Shown piece after piece: positions 11,480 to 25,036 of a stretch of 64,000 nt of DNA. Below the pieces are notes generated by a model. The model was not told where the DNA came from, searched no databases, and saw nothing but the letters and a program-made list of their open reading frames with translations. A program made the position numbers and the translations under genes. The DNA is taken from NCBI RefSeq assembly GCF_963921235.1, contig NC_086108.1, forward strand, positions 83,392,001 through 83,456,000, given 5' to 3'. The stretch's first letter is position 1. Every line of letters begins with the position of its first letter. This stretch comes from Mobula hypostoma (taxonomy: Eukaryota).

Positions 11480-12467
11480 TACTAATCAACGCTTCAAAAC
11501 CTGGGTCTCTGTACCTCCCTCTGCAACTAGATCCTTGGCTTCCTTATCAGGAGACCACAGTTAGTGCATAGCGGTAAGAGGTGCTCAGTCCTCTGCTCTA
11601 CTCTCTCTATACTCAAGATTGTGTGGCTAGGCACAGATCAAACGTCATTTATAAATTCACCAATGACACCACTGCTGTTGGTGGAATCTCAGACTGCGAT
11701 GAGGATGTGTTCAGGAGTGAGATAAAGCAAGCTGGTTGTGTGGTGTTGCAACAACAACGTGGCACTCAACATCAGCAAGAGCAAGAAATTAATGGTGGAC
11801 TTCGGGCAGGGGAAGCCAGGAGAACATGCTCTAGTCCTTACTGAGGGCTGTGGAAAGGGTACACAGCTTTAAGCTCCTGGAAGTCAACATCTCAGAGGAT
11901 CTAACCTGGGCCCAACACATTGATGCAATCGTGAAGAAAGCATGCCTTCATTAGGACTCTAAGGAGATTTGGTATGTCACTGAAGACTTGCAAATTTCTA
12001 CAGATGTACAGTGGAGAACAAACTAACTGGTTGCATTCCAGTCTGATATGGCAATTCCAATGTATAGGAACACAAAAGGCTGGAGAGGTTTGTAAACTCA
12101 ACCAGTTCCATCACCGTACAACCCTCATTGCCATCATGGGCATCTTCAAGAGGCAGTGCCGCAATAAGGTGGCATCCATCATTAAAGACCCTCACCATCT
12201 GAGACATGCTATTTTCATACTACTATCAGCTGGGAGGAAGTACATGAGCCTAAAGATCCACACTCAACATTTTAATAATATCTTCTCCCTATCATCAGAT
12301 TGCTGAACAGTTTGTGAACCCATGAACATTACGTTGTTATTTGTCTTTTGCACTACTTACTTATTTTTCTAATTTATCTTAAGTTTTATGTCTTGCACTT
12401 TACCGTTGCTGCAAAAGAACACATTTCATGATGTATGTCAAGAATAATAAAGACGATTCTGATTCTG
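11480..12467 (+). mobile_element. Rex1/Babar-like LINE fragment
   Basis: LSPLLYSLYT.DC...KF..DT; KDPHH...; AATAA + (GATTCT)n tail. Confidence 0.8.
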
Positions 12468-12749
12468 GAACTAATGCCTCTTTCAGGATTGCACCAATGT
12501 GTTGCAGGCTCTCACAGATATTAGCACATAGCCCAGCATTTGCAACCTTTGCTACCATTTCTTTCCTCTCACCCGGAAATGAAATTCAGCATGTTCCCCT
12601 TGACCCTCACCAGTTTTGGATGAACCACGGCTTGGTATGGCAACTGCTCTGCCCAAGACCACAAGGAACATCAGAGCTGTTTGTGGACACCGCTCACAGA
12701 AACCAGGCACACCTCCGTGGACCCTGTCAATACTTCTTGCTGCCTTGGT

Positions 12750-12990
12750 AACCCTACTTACTTACTGCCCATTATGCCACTGGTGTTTGGGCAGCAATGA
12801 AGGTTGTCCATCTTTGGTGGTGTTCAGGGCTCCCTTCATCATGTCAGTAGCTACCTCCTGATTTTCACAACTGTCAGTCATGCAAGTCCTGGGTGGAGAC
12901 TTAGGAATTCTGTTGCACTCAGATATAGAAGGAACCTTCTTTGCTGTTCTCGTAACAACTTTGTTTACCAGTCAGGGTTGTTAGCCCTGT
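12750..12990 (-). mobile_element. Possible SINE / non-LTR element 5' region fragment
   Basis: CAGGGCTAACAACCCTGACTGGTAAAC head and (AGT)-like end on - strand; family not identified. Confidence 0.35.
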
Positions 12991-12997
12991 ACACCTT

Positions 12998-13315
12998 GGT
13001 GAAGCAGCTAGCATAATCAAAGACCTCACCCACCTCGGACTAAGTCTCTTCTCTCAACTCCCATCAGACAGACGATACAAAAGTTCGAACGCACATACCA
13101 CCAGGCTCCCGGACAGCTTCTACCCTGCAGTTAAAAGTTTATTGAGTGTCCTCTAGAGATGGACTTTTAACCTCACAATCTAACACATCATGGCTTTTTA
13201 GCTTATTGTCTGCCAGCAATGCATTTTCTCTGTACCTGTAACTCTAGATTCTGCACTGTATTACTGTATTGTTTCACTGTGTACTGCCTCAATGTACTAC
13301 CTGTGACAATAAACA
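12998..13315 (+). mobile_element. Rex1-like LINE 3' end
   Basis: KDLTHLG.SLFSQLPS.RRY...T.RL.DSFYP and AATAAA. Confidence 0.65.
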
Positions 13316-14429
13316 GAGCCAATAATAAAAACCAATAAATCAAAACCTAATAATGCAGTTTACTTTTATTACAGCTTCACTAACCCAATGTCAATTTTTA
13401 ATGCATTTATATTGTGACATTCTTTTACACTTCTATCAATTCAGATTCTCACCAAAGCAATACGCAACTTTCTATGTAACATTTTACATCTGATAATGAT
13501 TAAATTTATTCCAAAATAATACAACTTGTTTACTTTTTTCTTTTTTTGCATTGCGAAGCTTGCCAATTTACAGAATCAAAGTAACAAAGTTAGATATGCT
13601 GTTTTTGATTCCTTATTCTAAATCTTTAATATAAATTATGGACAACAATGCTGACAATCTTCATAATACTCCTGTCTACCCTATTCAGAAATAACTATTC
13701 TTTATCACCACTCCCTCAGCACTCTATTTGATACTTTTATCAAGAAGTATGCTGAGAGATTTGACCCACTTCCTGATTCCACTCATGTGAATAAACCACA
13801 TTAATAAATTTCTTTTGACTGCAGAATAAGCTCACACAGACTAAAGAATATCAGAGGTTCTAATAATCACAAAGAATGGGGTGTACAGCTTATATACCAA
13901 CTCAGCACATTCAAAATAAAACAAACAGCCATACCAAATGAAAACTAAAACTCCAAATTCTCCTGCATTTAAAATGTGAAAAGTAATTACATTGACAGTT
14001 TAGCGACATATTGCACTCCAAATTAACTGAGAGTAACCTATTTCTTCACTTGAACAGGTGAGGAACAAATAACAATTAAAGGAAAGACTGATGAGAAATA
14101 AGTGTTGAAGGATAAAAAGTAATCCATGTCCAATGGTGGGGCATATCTCCTGAGGGTTTTGGTTTCTATTTTTAAGCCTTGTTTGGTCAATGTCCCAACA
14201 CAACGAGTCTACAGTGACTGCATACTTTGCATTTTTACCATTTACTCAATTTAACTAAACTCTTATTTTAGTCATTTGGAAAATTGCTTATTCCTTATCT
14301 TAAATGTCTCTCCCAGTAGCAGCAAACACTGGAAAGACAGATAAAATATTGCGGCCTTGCTACAACACTAAAATATTCCATCAGCATATTAGTTTCAAAT
14401 TTATCTTGTTAAGTGTTCTGGCTGAAGGT

Positions 14430-14860
14430 CGGGAGAGAGATCCAGAGGGAAAGAGGGAGGGAGAAGAAAGGAAGGAGGAGGAAGAAAAGGAAACATGCAG
14501 CAAGAAAGAGAGATGGAGGGAGGAAGAAAGGGAGAAAGGAAGAGAATAAGAGAGGTGAAAAGAGAGGAAAGGGAGAAGGAGAGAAGAATTAAGATGGAAG
14601 AACAGGGTGAGAGAAAGGGAGCTGGAGGGAAAAAAGTTAGAGACAGAAAGGGTTAAGGATGTGAGGGGGTGAGAGAAGGGGGTGATGGGGTGGGGGGGGC
14701 GAGAGATGGAAGGAGGGGAGATACAGTGGGAGGAGAGAGAGGGATATGGATAGAGACTGGGAGCAAGACAAAGAGGGAGAAAGAATGTGAAAGATGGAGA
14801 GAGTAGAGAAAATTGGAAAAACTGCAAAGAGAGGTAGAAAGCAAGAGTGAGAGAGAAATT
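14430..14860 (+). repeat. Purine-rich (GA) low-complexity tract
   Basis: Almost exclusively A/G runs. Confidence 0.85.
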
Positions 14861-14944
14861 ATGAAAATGAGTTAATACGTAGGAGAGTGTGCGAGACCTT
14901 GTCCCTTCACAGAAGCGTACTATTCTTCCAATCCTTTCACAACC

Positions 14945-16068
14945 ATAATCCAGTTTATTGATGATACCACTGTTGTGGGCTGAGTCAAAGGTGGTAATGA
15001 ATCAGCTTACAGAAGGGAGAATAAAATTTGACTGAGTGATGTCATAACAACAACCTCTCACTCAATGTCAGCATGATTTGTTGCCACGAGTGGCCGTGGA
15101 GGCCAAGTCACTGGGTGCATTTAAGGCAGAGATCAATAGGTTCTTGATTAGCCAGGGCATCCAAGGGTATGGGGAGAAAGCAGGGGAGTGGGGATGACTG
15201 GAAGAACTAGATCAGCCCATGATTGAATGGCAGAGCAGACTCGATGGGCCGAACAGCCTAATTCTGCTCCTATATCTTATGGTCTTAAGACTAAGGAACT
15301 GATTGTAGACTTCAGGAGCGGGAAACCAGAGCTCCATGAGCCAGTCCTCATCCGAGAATCAGAGGTGGAGAGAGTTAACAACTCCAAATTCCTGGGTGTC
15401 ACTATTTCAGAGGACCTGTCCTGGAGCCAGCACATAAGTACAATTGCAAAGAAAGCACAGCAGCACCTCTTTTTCCTTAGGAGTAGGTGGAAATTCAGCA
15501 TGACATCTAAAACTTTAACAAACTTCTAAAGATGTGTAGTGGAGAGTGATTTGACTGGTAAGGAAACACCAATGCCTTTGAGTGGAAGATCCTACAAAAG
15601 GTAGGGGATTCGGCCCAGTATATCATGAGTAAAGTCCCCAACCATTTTGCACATCTGCAGGAAACACTGTCGGAGGAAAGCAGCATCGATCAGAGAACCC
15701 CACCACCCAGGTCATGCTCTTTTCTCACTGCTGCCATCAGGTAGAAGGTACAAGAGCCTCAGAACTCACACCACCGGATTCAAGAACAGTTACTACCCCA
15801 CAACCATCAGGCTCATGAACAAAAGGGATAACTACACTCACTTGCCCATCAATTGAGATGTTCCCACAACCAATGATCTCACTTTAAGGACTCTATCTTG
15901 TACAGTAATCATGTTCTCATTATTTATTGCTATTTATATTTACATAGCTTGTTGTCTTCTGCACTCTGGTTGATCTTTCATTGACCCTGTTATAGCTACT
16001 ATACTACAGATTTGCTGAGTATGCCCACAGGAAAACTAATCTGAGGGTTGTATATGGTGATTGATATT

Positions 16069-16142
<74 letters not shown>

Positions 16143-16170
16143 TGCATAATAAAATTTACTCTGGACTTTA
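14945..16170 (+). mobile_element. Rex1-like LINE 3' part containing a CR1 3'-end insertion (~15075-15285)
   Basis: KTKELIVDFR...KFLGVTISEDLSW...HPGHALFSLLPSGRRY; insert ends CTCCTATATCTTATGGTCT. Confidence 0.8.
16072..16140 (+). repeat. (TG)n microsatellite
   Basis: About 34 perfect TG units. Confidence 0.97.
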
Positions 16171-16217
16171 ATTCATCCCCTCCCCATTACAATTACCTGT
16201 ACAAACAATTCATTGCG

Positions 16218-16365
16218 TTAAAACAAAATTGCTGGAAACACTGATGAATGATTTTCAGCCTGAAACATCAACTGTTTCTCTTTCCACAGCTGCTGCTTGA
16301 CCTGTCGAGAGGTTCCAAAATTTTTGTTTTATTTCAGATCTCCGACATCAGCAGTTGTTTGATTT
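16218..16365 (+). mobile_element. Old Penelope-like tail / degenerate hammerhead remnant
   Basis: CTGATGAA...CCTGAAACATCAACTG...GCTGCTGCTTGACCTG...CATCAGCAG resembles the younger tails. Confidence 0.5.
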
Positions 16366-18997
16366 TCAGTTCAGTGAGGCAATCCAACTAGTTGGACTGC
16401 GTTCCATGACAGCATGCATTCACCAATCCCATCTCCTCCTTGCAAATACATACTGAGAGAAATAAGCAAGCTGGCTCAGTTGTATTGCTTTTTTTTTTAC
16501 ATAGTATCCTCACCAGCTCTCATCCTTCTGCAAATTACAGGGAAAACTGCTCCCAGAGGATGACCTTAGAACTTTACCGGGCAAACCAAGGCATCCCATG
16601 CAGAGCCCATAAGCAAACTGATTGAATCAGTAATTATCATCCATAAGTTTTTATTCAGGGAGGGAGAAGTAACTGCATTTTTTTTACATTGAACATTTAC
16701 AAAGACAGAATAGTTGCTGGGAACTGACACAAAGATAATAATAAAATAACAGTTGTGCCTCAAAAGAATATGATTTAACTATTTCAGCGGAGAATCCTTT
16801 ACAATATAAATCAGAATTGCTGTTTCATTTAGAAACTGGATTGAAAAAAACAAAACTAATTTCAGTTCATACATATACAGGAGAACTGCATCAGAATTGT
16901 TCTGATCTGGACCTGAATCCACCTCCACAGTATAAAATAATACTGATTCACTGACCTTTCAGATGGGGATAGACACCCATCTATCTTCCATATGTGGCAG
17001 AATATTCTGCATGGCCCAAGCCACAGTAAGAACAGGCAAAACACGATGTACAACATAAAAATAGTTTGCAAATAAGAAATATTTTTCTGATTGCAGAACT
17101 AATTATACTCCCCTTTGCAAATTCTGAGAATGTACAGCAATGAAGGCGTTGAGGTTATGTTGTAAACAATTGATAACAAGATTGTCAGAAAGAGACACAA
17201 AAAGATGGCTCCTTAGAAACGTGGATGTTCTCAGCATTAGGTCTCTAGTTCATGTCCAGAGCGGAAATAAATGCAACCACTTCTAGGTTGAGTAGCATCA
17301 GTGCAACACTTCAAATTCAGGTTGCAGTTCAGCTTTGCAGCTTGCACAGTTTCTGTTATTCACCAACGTGAAGGCATTAGTCACCCACGGGCTAACATCA
17401 GTCCCTGGCTCATGACCAACTTAGATATTCCCAGGACAACTACAGTGTGAGGAACATATTCAGCACAGTTTCACATCAGCAGAGAGGCTTACATAAAACT
17501 GAATTCAGAATGTTCTACATTACTGCTGTTAACATGCTGTGCCTGAGTTTCCCTCAGTCCCACGATTAAGGGATAGATTCCATTCTCATTATTAATTGGT
17601 TTGGTCTGCTCTGATCCGTAGAACATTTTGGCTGCGAAGGAGTCTCAGATGGTTCTCCTAACTGTATTACGATCAACTGTGGAAGCATTTATTTTTTGCT
17701 CAGGGGCACCATAATTTTGAGTTATAAATCATTTAGGTATAAAATATAAAGCTAGACTTAACATCTGCTTTAAATGAACATGGAATTTGAAAAACGTTCT
17801 AAACAACAACTATTAACTCTAACAGAATAGCCAACTGTAGTGTTCATATGGACTGTGGTTGATCGTTTAGCACCTTTAGGAGGACTATTGTGTGTGAATT
17901 ACACACAATGCATGCAATATTCCTTCTGTACATTAACTGTCAAAAGTCTCTGGTTTAACAGACTGGTTGATTTGGAGGAATATTTACACTTACATTTCAG
18001 TAGCAACATAAGATTGAATAACTTGACCCTCGATCAATCACTAGCACAGCCAACAAAGAGTAGATTTTCTATCACAGAAGAGTCTGGTTGTACAAGAACA
18101 TAAATTCCATAGTATGGAAGGGTTTGATAACAACAATCCCACCCCAACACTATGTTTTACCCTCCCACCATCAGAAACACAAGGCTAACTAATACTTTCC
18201 CTTCCACAAGCAAAGTTGCAACTTCTGCTAAAGCCATTAAACCTCTGATCCAAGGACATATCAATCCCCCAACTATCTCAGGCAAAGGCTTGACCTGAGC
18301 CCGTCCTTGGAAGAGGAGGACCACGTAACATGTCGTCAAATGTGAAAGCCTGCAACCAAAGCAGCCGAATGTTAATGTAGACCGCCAATAACGTAAACCA
18401 GTCATCATTCCATTGCACTACCTACGCCATTCTAGACATCCATTTAAGTTAACAACAAAATTCATAGGGAAGAAACTTGTTAGATTTTTTTTATAAACAT
18501 TTGTAATGAAATCACATGATCTAACTATAATGGAAGGTCAAGGGTTGTTTCATTTTCATTCACTTAATATCTATTCGGTTTTTCCTAGTGTGTTATGTCT
18601 ACCAGTTGCCTTTGGGCAGAAAGCCAATATTAACAGTTGTGTGTTATCCTTAAGAAACTTTCCACGATCTCAAAATAATAAAATATTCTCTACTTGTCAC
18701 TATTTAAGGCGGCCATAATATCACCCGCCCCCCAAGCCAAGTTATTCTCTTTACAACAAAGTTGTTAAAATTCCACTGCACTGGGGGATCTCGGTGGAAC
18801 AGCTGCCTTTACATTTAGTCTGCATGCCACAAATCACTGGACAGTTGATTCCCGGCAGCTGAGACTCAAAGCGAACTGAAATCTGCAGAGCAATTGATGG
18901 GAAAGGACAAGTCATTTGTTTTTTAAAGAAGTTTTAAAATGAAGCAGAAAGCGAAAGCTCGGCATTAAGAGGTTCTGAAAAGAATTAAAAGTTTTGG

Positions 18998-19240
18998 AAC
19001 TTACCCCTATACACTTCAAGGAATATTGCTTTCTCTGCCACACACGGATCTTTGCATTTGCTACAGAAGGCTGCAACTGTGAAGGATTTACATCCTTAAG
19101 GAGTCAGGTTAACACAGCCACGCACTGTGGTGCTTTCCTCTTTCAAAGCTCAGTCTAATATTTTACACGGTACTGGGAGGAGAAGCCGGGTTACTCTCCT
19201 GTTTTCCTGTCTATGATGTCACATCCTGAGACAGCCCCCG
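18998..19240 (-). promoter_or_regulatory. Candidate MOB3C upstream non-coding exon / promoter
   Basis: Consensus donor GGG|GTAAGT at 19004 on - strand; ETS-like CAGGAA/CAGGAT and TGACATCA motifs at ~19195-19230; lies in a repeat-free island. Confidence 0.35.
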
Positions 19241-20914
19241 ATCAAATCTTTTTTCATGAACTTTCTTTTCAGTAAAATCTTTAAAAGGATTGTTTCCTGC
19301 TTTTGTATGGTTCCGTTGAAAGGAAATGAATGTCATAGAATTAGAAAGAATGGCGTTGCTTCATTGTGCACGCCAATGTAAGAATCTTATTTTTTAAATA
19401 ACAGCTGTTCTTTAAAACTGTCACTTATAGCTGGGAAAGTGTCAAAAGTGGCATCTCAGAGCCATGAAGGACAAGGAACCACACCCGTCTCGTCAGGGTT
19501 TTATCACTTGTTCTACAGAATACTCAACTATTGGAACCTAGGACAAGTGTCACAATCAGATGCTAAACTGATCAGTCTGTCTGAAACCCCAGTGAAAATA
19601 TGGAACACTTTAAGTCACTGTGTTCCTTCACAAATCCATTGCAGTTTTTGCCTCTGTAAGTTCATCAGCGAGATCATAGAGGTTGAGTACCCTGTTCACA
19701 ATCTTTCAAAATATTTACCTGAGAATCTTTGGTGAACCTTTTTCTCAAAGGAAGGATTTAAAATATAAAAGTCAGGAAAGCATCTATTTCACGTTATCAC
19801 TGATCCAGCTCATGTAGTTGGAACCTCAGTGGAACTTCTGGCATTCATCAGTAAATTCAGGATTTCTGCCAACATGTGATTGAATGAGGAACTTCCAAAA
19901 CTTTGCCTGTAATTCAACACTTCTCTACAAACTACACTGTTCTTCAGTATTCTGCATCTCAGGGGAAATCAGCTGAAGATACAAAATGTTTCCTTGTCAA
20001 ATCAAATACTCTCAAAATTTACACTTCATTGAACAAGGTCTGAATGAGTTCATAATGGTGTAAACTCTCAGGTTCTAAGTAAAAGATGATACTAAGATGA
20101 ATTTTAAACCTCACAGAAATGTCTTTAAATGTAATGGATTTTAACTTTCTTTTGTCAGGCGGTCTCTTGGTTTTATACTGTAGATGGTGGCTTGCTGCAG
20201 CTCTGGTTCAGTGGGTTCTGTTGTGATTTATAGGAAGCAGAGTCTCCTCCAATGATGAGTCAGAAGGCAGCTGTCAGAGTGTGTGAGGTAGTTCCTCCTT
20301 CCACGTGATATGAGAAAAAACATTTCACAATCTACCCTGTCCATGCCCCTCATGATTTTGTGCACTTCTATCAGATATATACTGTAAGTTATGCTAAGGA
20401 GGGCAAAGGGCTTAGAACAAATGCGTATTTTTCTTCATCTGGAAAGTAGTTCAAAGGGATGGTGGAGGCTGATACTTTCACATTTAACAAGTATTGAGAT
20501 GATTACTTGAAATTCCATGGAATAAAAGTTGAGTGATGGAAAATGGAAATAGTTCAAAGAAGTATTTGCTGGCTTGCGTGGACAAAGAAATACAGAGTTA
20601 TACTGCACAGAAACAAGCCTCGTAGCCTGACTCTTCCATGCCAAACAAGATGTCTGGCCAAGCTAGACATTTGCTTTCATTTGGCCCATGTCCCTCTAAA
20701 TCTTCAGCAAATTCCAGGTAAAAGACTTGAGGATCTTGTTGCTACCTTCCTCCACTTTGAACAGAAGCAAAAAATTCTAACGAATGACAAAAGAGGTCTT
20801 CAGAATATTCTTAAGCCATTTCCTCTATCCATCTGGTTAGCTTTTCTGTGATGGGGCTCAGAGCAGAGTCTCTTTCAGGAACCTAGAGTCAATGTGGCTA
20901 ATTAGTATCAGCTT

Positions 20915-21405
20915 ATATCAATAAGGTTGAACAAGTACAGAAAAAAATTACAATGATGTTGCCAGGAATTGAGGATCTGAGTTGTAGAGAAAGGTTAAAT
21001 AGGTTAAGATTTTATTTCCTGGAGCACAGGAGAATATGGGGAGATTATATAGAGCTATACAAAATTATGAAAAGTATTAAAGTATGAGTGCTTGCAGGCT
21101 TTTTCCCTTCATGTTGGGTGAGGCTAGAACTGGAGGTCATAGGTTTAGGGTGAAAAGTGAAATATTTAAGGTGAATCTAAAAGGAAACTTCTTCACACAA
21201 AGGATAGAATGAGTGTGAAATGAGCTGACAGATGAAGTGTTGAACTGTAACATTTAAGAGAAATTTGGATAGGTGCATGAGAGAGAGAAGTATAGGGAAT
21301 TATAGTCTGGGTGCAGGTGGATGGAACTGGGCGGAAGACCAGGCTGGCATGCACTAGATGGACTGATGGGCCTGCTTCTATACTATGATGTTCTATGAAT
21401 CTAAG
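20915..21405 (+). mobile_element. Degraded CR1 3' fragment
   Basis: Degenerate VQ.KFT.MLPG...FSLE.RR...GHRFRV...FFTQR; TTCTATG tail. Confidence 0.75.
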
Positions 21406-21479
21406 CGTCTATAACTGCTGAGAATATTGGCTGTAGAGATAATCCTGATATTGTTTCCTTTGTCATACCAATAGATTTT

Positions 21480-22104
21480 GACCATTAGACTGGTCAAAGA
21501 ACACTGAGGCTGTCTACAAGAAGGGTCAGAGCCATCTCTATTTCCTGAGGAGACTGAGGTCCTTTAACACCTGCCGGACAATGCTGAAGATGTTCTACGA
21601 GTCTGTGGTGGCCAGTGCAATCATGTTTGCTGTTGTGTGCTGGGGCAGCAGGCTGAGGGTAGCAGACACCAACAGAATCAACAAACTCATTCGTAAGGCC
21701 GGTGATGTTGTGGGGATGGAACTGGACTCTCTCACGGTGGTGTCTGAAAAGAGGATGCTGTCCAAGTTGCATGCCATCTTGGACAATGTCTCCCATCCAC
21801 TACATAATGTACTGGTTGGGCACAGGAGTACATTCAGCCAGAGACTAATTTCAACGAGATGCAACACTGAGCGTCATAGGAAGTCATTCCTGCCTGTGGC
21901 AATCAAACTTTACAAGTCCTCCCTTGGAGGGTCAGACAGCCTGAGCCAATAGGCTGGTCCTGGACTTATTTCCTGGCATAATCTACATATTACTATTTAA
22001 CTATTTATGGTTTTATTATTATTATTTAATTATTTATGGTGCAACTGTAACGAAAACCAATTTCCCCTGGGATCAATAAAGTATGACTATGACTGTGACT
22101 ACTA
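21480..22104 (+). mobile_element. Rex1-like LINE (family B) 3' part
   Basis: MFYESVVASAIMFAVVCWG...SHPLH...CNTERHRKSFLP; GGATCAATAAAG + (ATGACT)n tail; near-identical to 49540-50306. Confidence 0.85.
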
Positions 22105-22584
22105 TTTAGAGAATTCTTGGCTGGAATCGGTTCGTTCCTTCCAATGCAAAAGTAATTGATCATCAGAGAATCCACCATCAGAGAACTCCTTTGAAACTGA
22201 GGTCAGAGTCTGTGAAAATCTTTGCCCATTTAGAGAAATATTTTTAATAGCTTTGGCAGGTAGGTTTTCTTGTTCCATCTATGCACATACAAGTTCATGA
22301 AGGGTCCAATCATTTTAGAAATTAAGAACCAGTAACTGTAATAATTAATGAAATGTGCCAGATTGATATCTTGCTACTTAATTTTGCATTTTAATAATGC
22401 TATTATTTGACTACAATCTCTTTTGATTTTAATAGGAACAGTTTGCATTCTTTATTCAAAATTTGGTTAATTGAATAACCAAATTCATGGATACCTATCT
22501 ATCTAATACCTATATGCCAAAGTGGCTCTGACATACAAAATATAAAGTTATACGATGCATAGCTATGTAGGTAAAATGCTAAAT

Positions 22585-23470
22585 ACTAGGGGGCATAGAT
22601 TTAACATAAAAAGTGAAAGGTTTAAAGAAGATGTGCAAGGCAAGTTTTTTTACACAGAGACGAGTAGCCTTCTGGGACATGCTGCCAAGGGAGGTGGAAG
22701 AATCAGATGTGAGAGCAATGTTTAATTGACATTTTAGCAGACATCTGTACAAGCAGGGAATAGAGGGATGTGGACAATATGGAGACAGATGGTATTAATT
22801 TGGATTGGCATCATGTTCAATGCAAATATGGTGGGCCATAAAGTAATGGATACTGCCCAGACTATCACAGGGCTAAAGCCCTCCTCACCATTGAACACAT
22901 GTACATGGAGCATTGTTGCAGGAAAACAGCATCCATCATCAGGGACTCCTACCACCCAGATCATGCTCTCATCTCGCTGCTGCCATCAGGGAGAAGATGC
23001 TGGAGCCTCAGGACACCACCATGTTTAGGAACAGTTATTACTCCTCAACCATCAGACTCCTGAACCAGAGAGGATAATTTCACTCAACTTCACTTGCCCT
23101 ATCACTGAAGTATTCCCAGAACCTATGAAGGAACACTTCACTGTACTCCCAGAACCTATGGTCTCATTTTCAATGACTCTTCATTTCTTGTTCTCAATAT
23201 TTATTATTTATATATTATTACTATTATTATTATTATTATTATTTCTCTTTCTTTTTGTATTTGCATTGTTTGTTGTCTTTTGCACACTGGTTGTCCACTC
23301 TGTTGGTGGAATCCTTCATAGGTTCTGTTATAGTTGTTGGATTTATTGAGTATACCTGCAAGAAACTTAATCTTGGGGTTGAATATGGTGACATAGATAT
23401 ACTTTGATAATAAATTTACTTTGAACTTTCAACTTTTGGACTGTTCCTGTGCTGTAATGTTCTATGGTCT
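22585..23470 (+). mobile_element. CR1 3' fragment interrupted by a Rex1-like 3' end (~22835-23435)
   Basis: TRGHRF...FFTQR CR1 motif, then the HPDHAL.SLLPSGRR Rex1 region with AATAAA/TTTGAAC tail, then the CR1 tail resumes. Confidence 0.7.
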
Positions 23471-24018
23471 CTGTTACCTTTCCACCTAATTATGACAAGT
23501 CTGAACATAAGCTGTTAGACTGAACAGTGTTAGATATAGTCTGTATATCACAAATCAATTTATATAGAATGGAAGCTTGCTTGCAATTTTCTCCTTGGCA
23601 CTGAACTCTTAACAAGTATCTTGTGAGTGTATAGACATCAAAAGAATGGTTCTGTAGAATGTCTTATCAGTTACTCTTGCAATTCAGATCATATTTTAGA
23701 AATTTTTCAAATTGAAGAAGTAAATCATGTTTTTATGGAACAGTCTGGCTAAAGGACAAAATTGGAGTCAGAAAGTCAAAGCAATCTTACTTTGACTTTC
23801 AAAGTGATCAATATCAATCAGGGAATGATACTGTGCAGAAAACGTTATTTGGCCCAGAGTACTCCATCGGGTTTTTGAACGAACTATTCAGTTACTCTGA
23901 TTTAGAGTAGAGTAACATTTTTTTTAACCACTCATTATTTATTGAGTTACATTTTGGAAGTTATTATTCAGTCTGCTGCTACCACCTTTTCAGGCAATGC
24001 ACAACGATTGGTTGTATA

Positions 24019-24538
24019 CAGTACTGTGCAAAAGTCTCAGGCACTCTAGATTTTTTAATATCATTTCAGATGGTATGGCCTCCACAGAACCCTGATCTCA
24101 ACATCACTGAGACTCTCTGAGATTACACGGAGAGACCGAAGTAAGCAACACAGCCAAGGTCTGCAGAGGAACTGCGACAAGTTTTTCAAGATGCTTGGAA
24201 CAACCTCCCAAGCTATTCTTTCTTATAAAACTTTATGACAATGTACCTAAGAAAACTAATACAGTTTTAAAGGCTCATCAAATTTGGAGGTCACACCAAA
24301 TATTGATTTTATTCAGTCCTGACGAAGGGTCTCGGCCCGAAATGTGACTGTGCTTCTTCCTATGGATGCTGTCTGGCCTGCTGTGTTCACCAGCAATTTT
24401 TATGTGCGTTGATTGATTTTATTTAGTTTTTTTAACTGTTTACTACTCTTTTTTTGATATTTAGAAACTTTTTATTTCATTATTTTTGAAGGAGTCTTTG
24501 CTTTATAGATTTTTTTACATGACTTTTGCATAGTACTG
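24019..24538 (+). mobile_element. Internally deleted Tc1-like transposon
   Basis: TA-CAGTACTGTGCAAAAGTC / GACTTTTGCATAGTACTG-TA TIRs; internal WPPQNPDLNITE motif. Confidence 0.85.
24314..24411 (+). mobile_element. 98-bp Penelope-like hammerhead/tail mini-insertion
   Basis: Begins CAGTCCTGACGAAGGGTCTCGGCCCGAAA; perfect 12-bp TSD ATTGATTTTATT (24302-24313, 24412-24423); cleavage-site C missing. Confidence 0.85.
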
Positions 24539-25036
24539 TAAATATTTTTTCCTGATATTGACTTGATTTCTTTTGCCTTCTGGTAATATATCTGATAAGA
24601 TATAAAGTGAGCCAACCCTAAACCATTTCAAACTGCAAGTTTTAGTCTATAAACTTTAACAAGCACACATGCAGTGCCTCAAAGTAATTAGTGTATGTTC
24701 TAATTGGTGTGCAATGGTGTTGGTCCTTCAGCCTCCAATGCTCTAAAGTTTGCTCCCATGATTTGATCATTTTCAATAAGTTACAGGAGATTTTGAAACA
24801 AATTTAAGTGTTTCTATGTATGGTGATAATTGATCATAAATCTACTTAAAGCCCTCATTGAGGTATCTTTCATAAAGTGTGGCCCGCAGAATGGAACGTT
24901 GTGTGCTGGCTGACGTCTAATTGAATTGTTTGTTTTGTAATTTCTTTGTTTTATTTTTCATTTTCTTTATTACTGGAGTCAAAAAGCTTATGTGGCTTTT
25001 CATTAAAAAGGTGACCTCCAACATGATTTCAGAAGA

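Noticed and set aside
14381..14827. Ser/Leu/Pro-rich and Glu/Arg/Gly-rich ORFs (also 33507-33927, 1791-2390)
   Set aside because: Artefacts of low-complexity purine/pyrimidine tracts.
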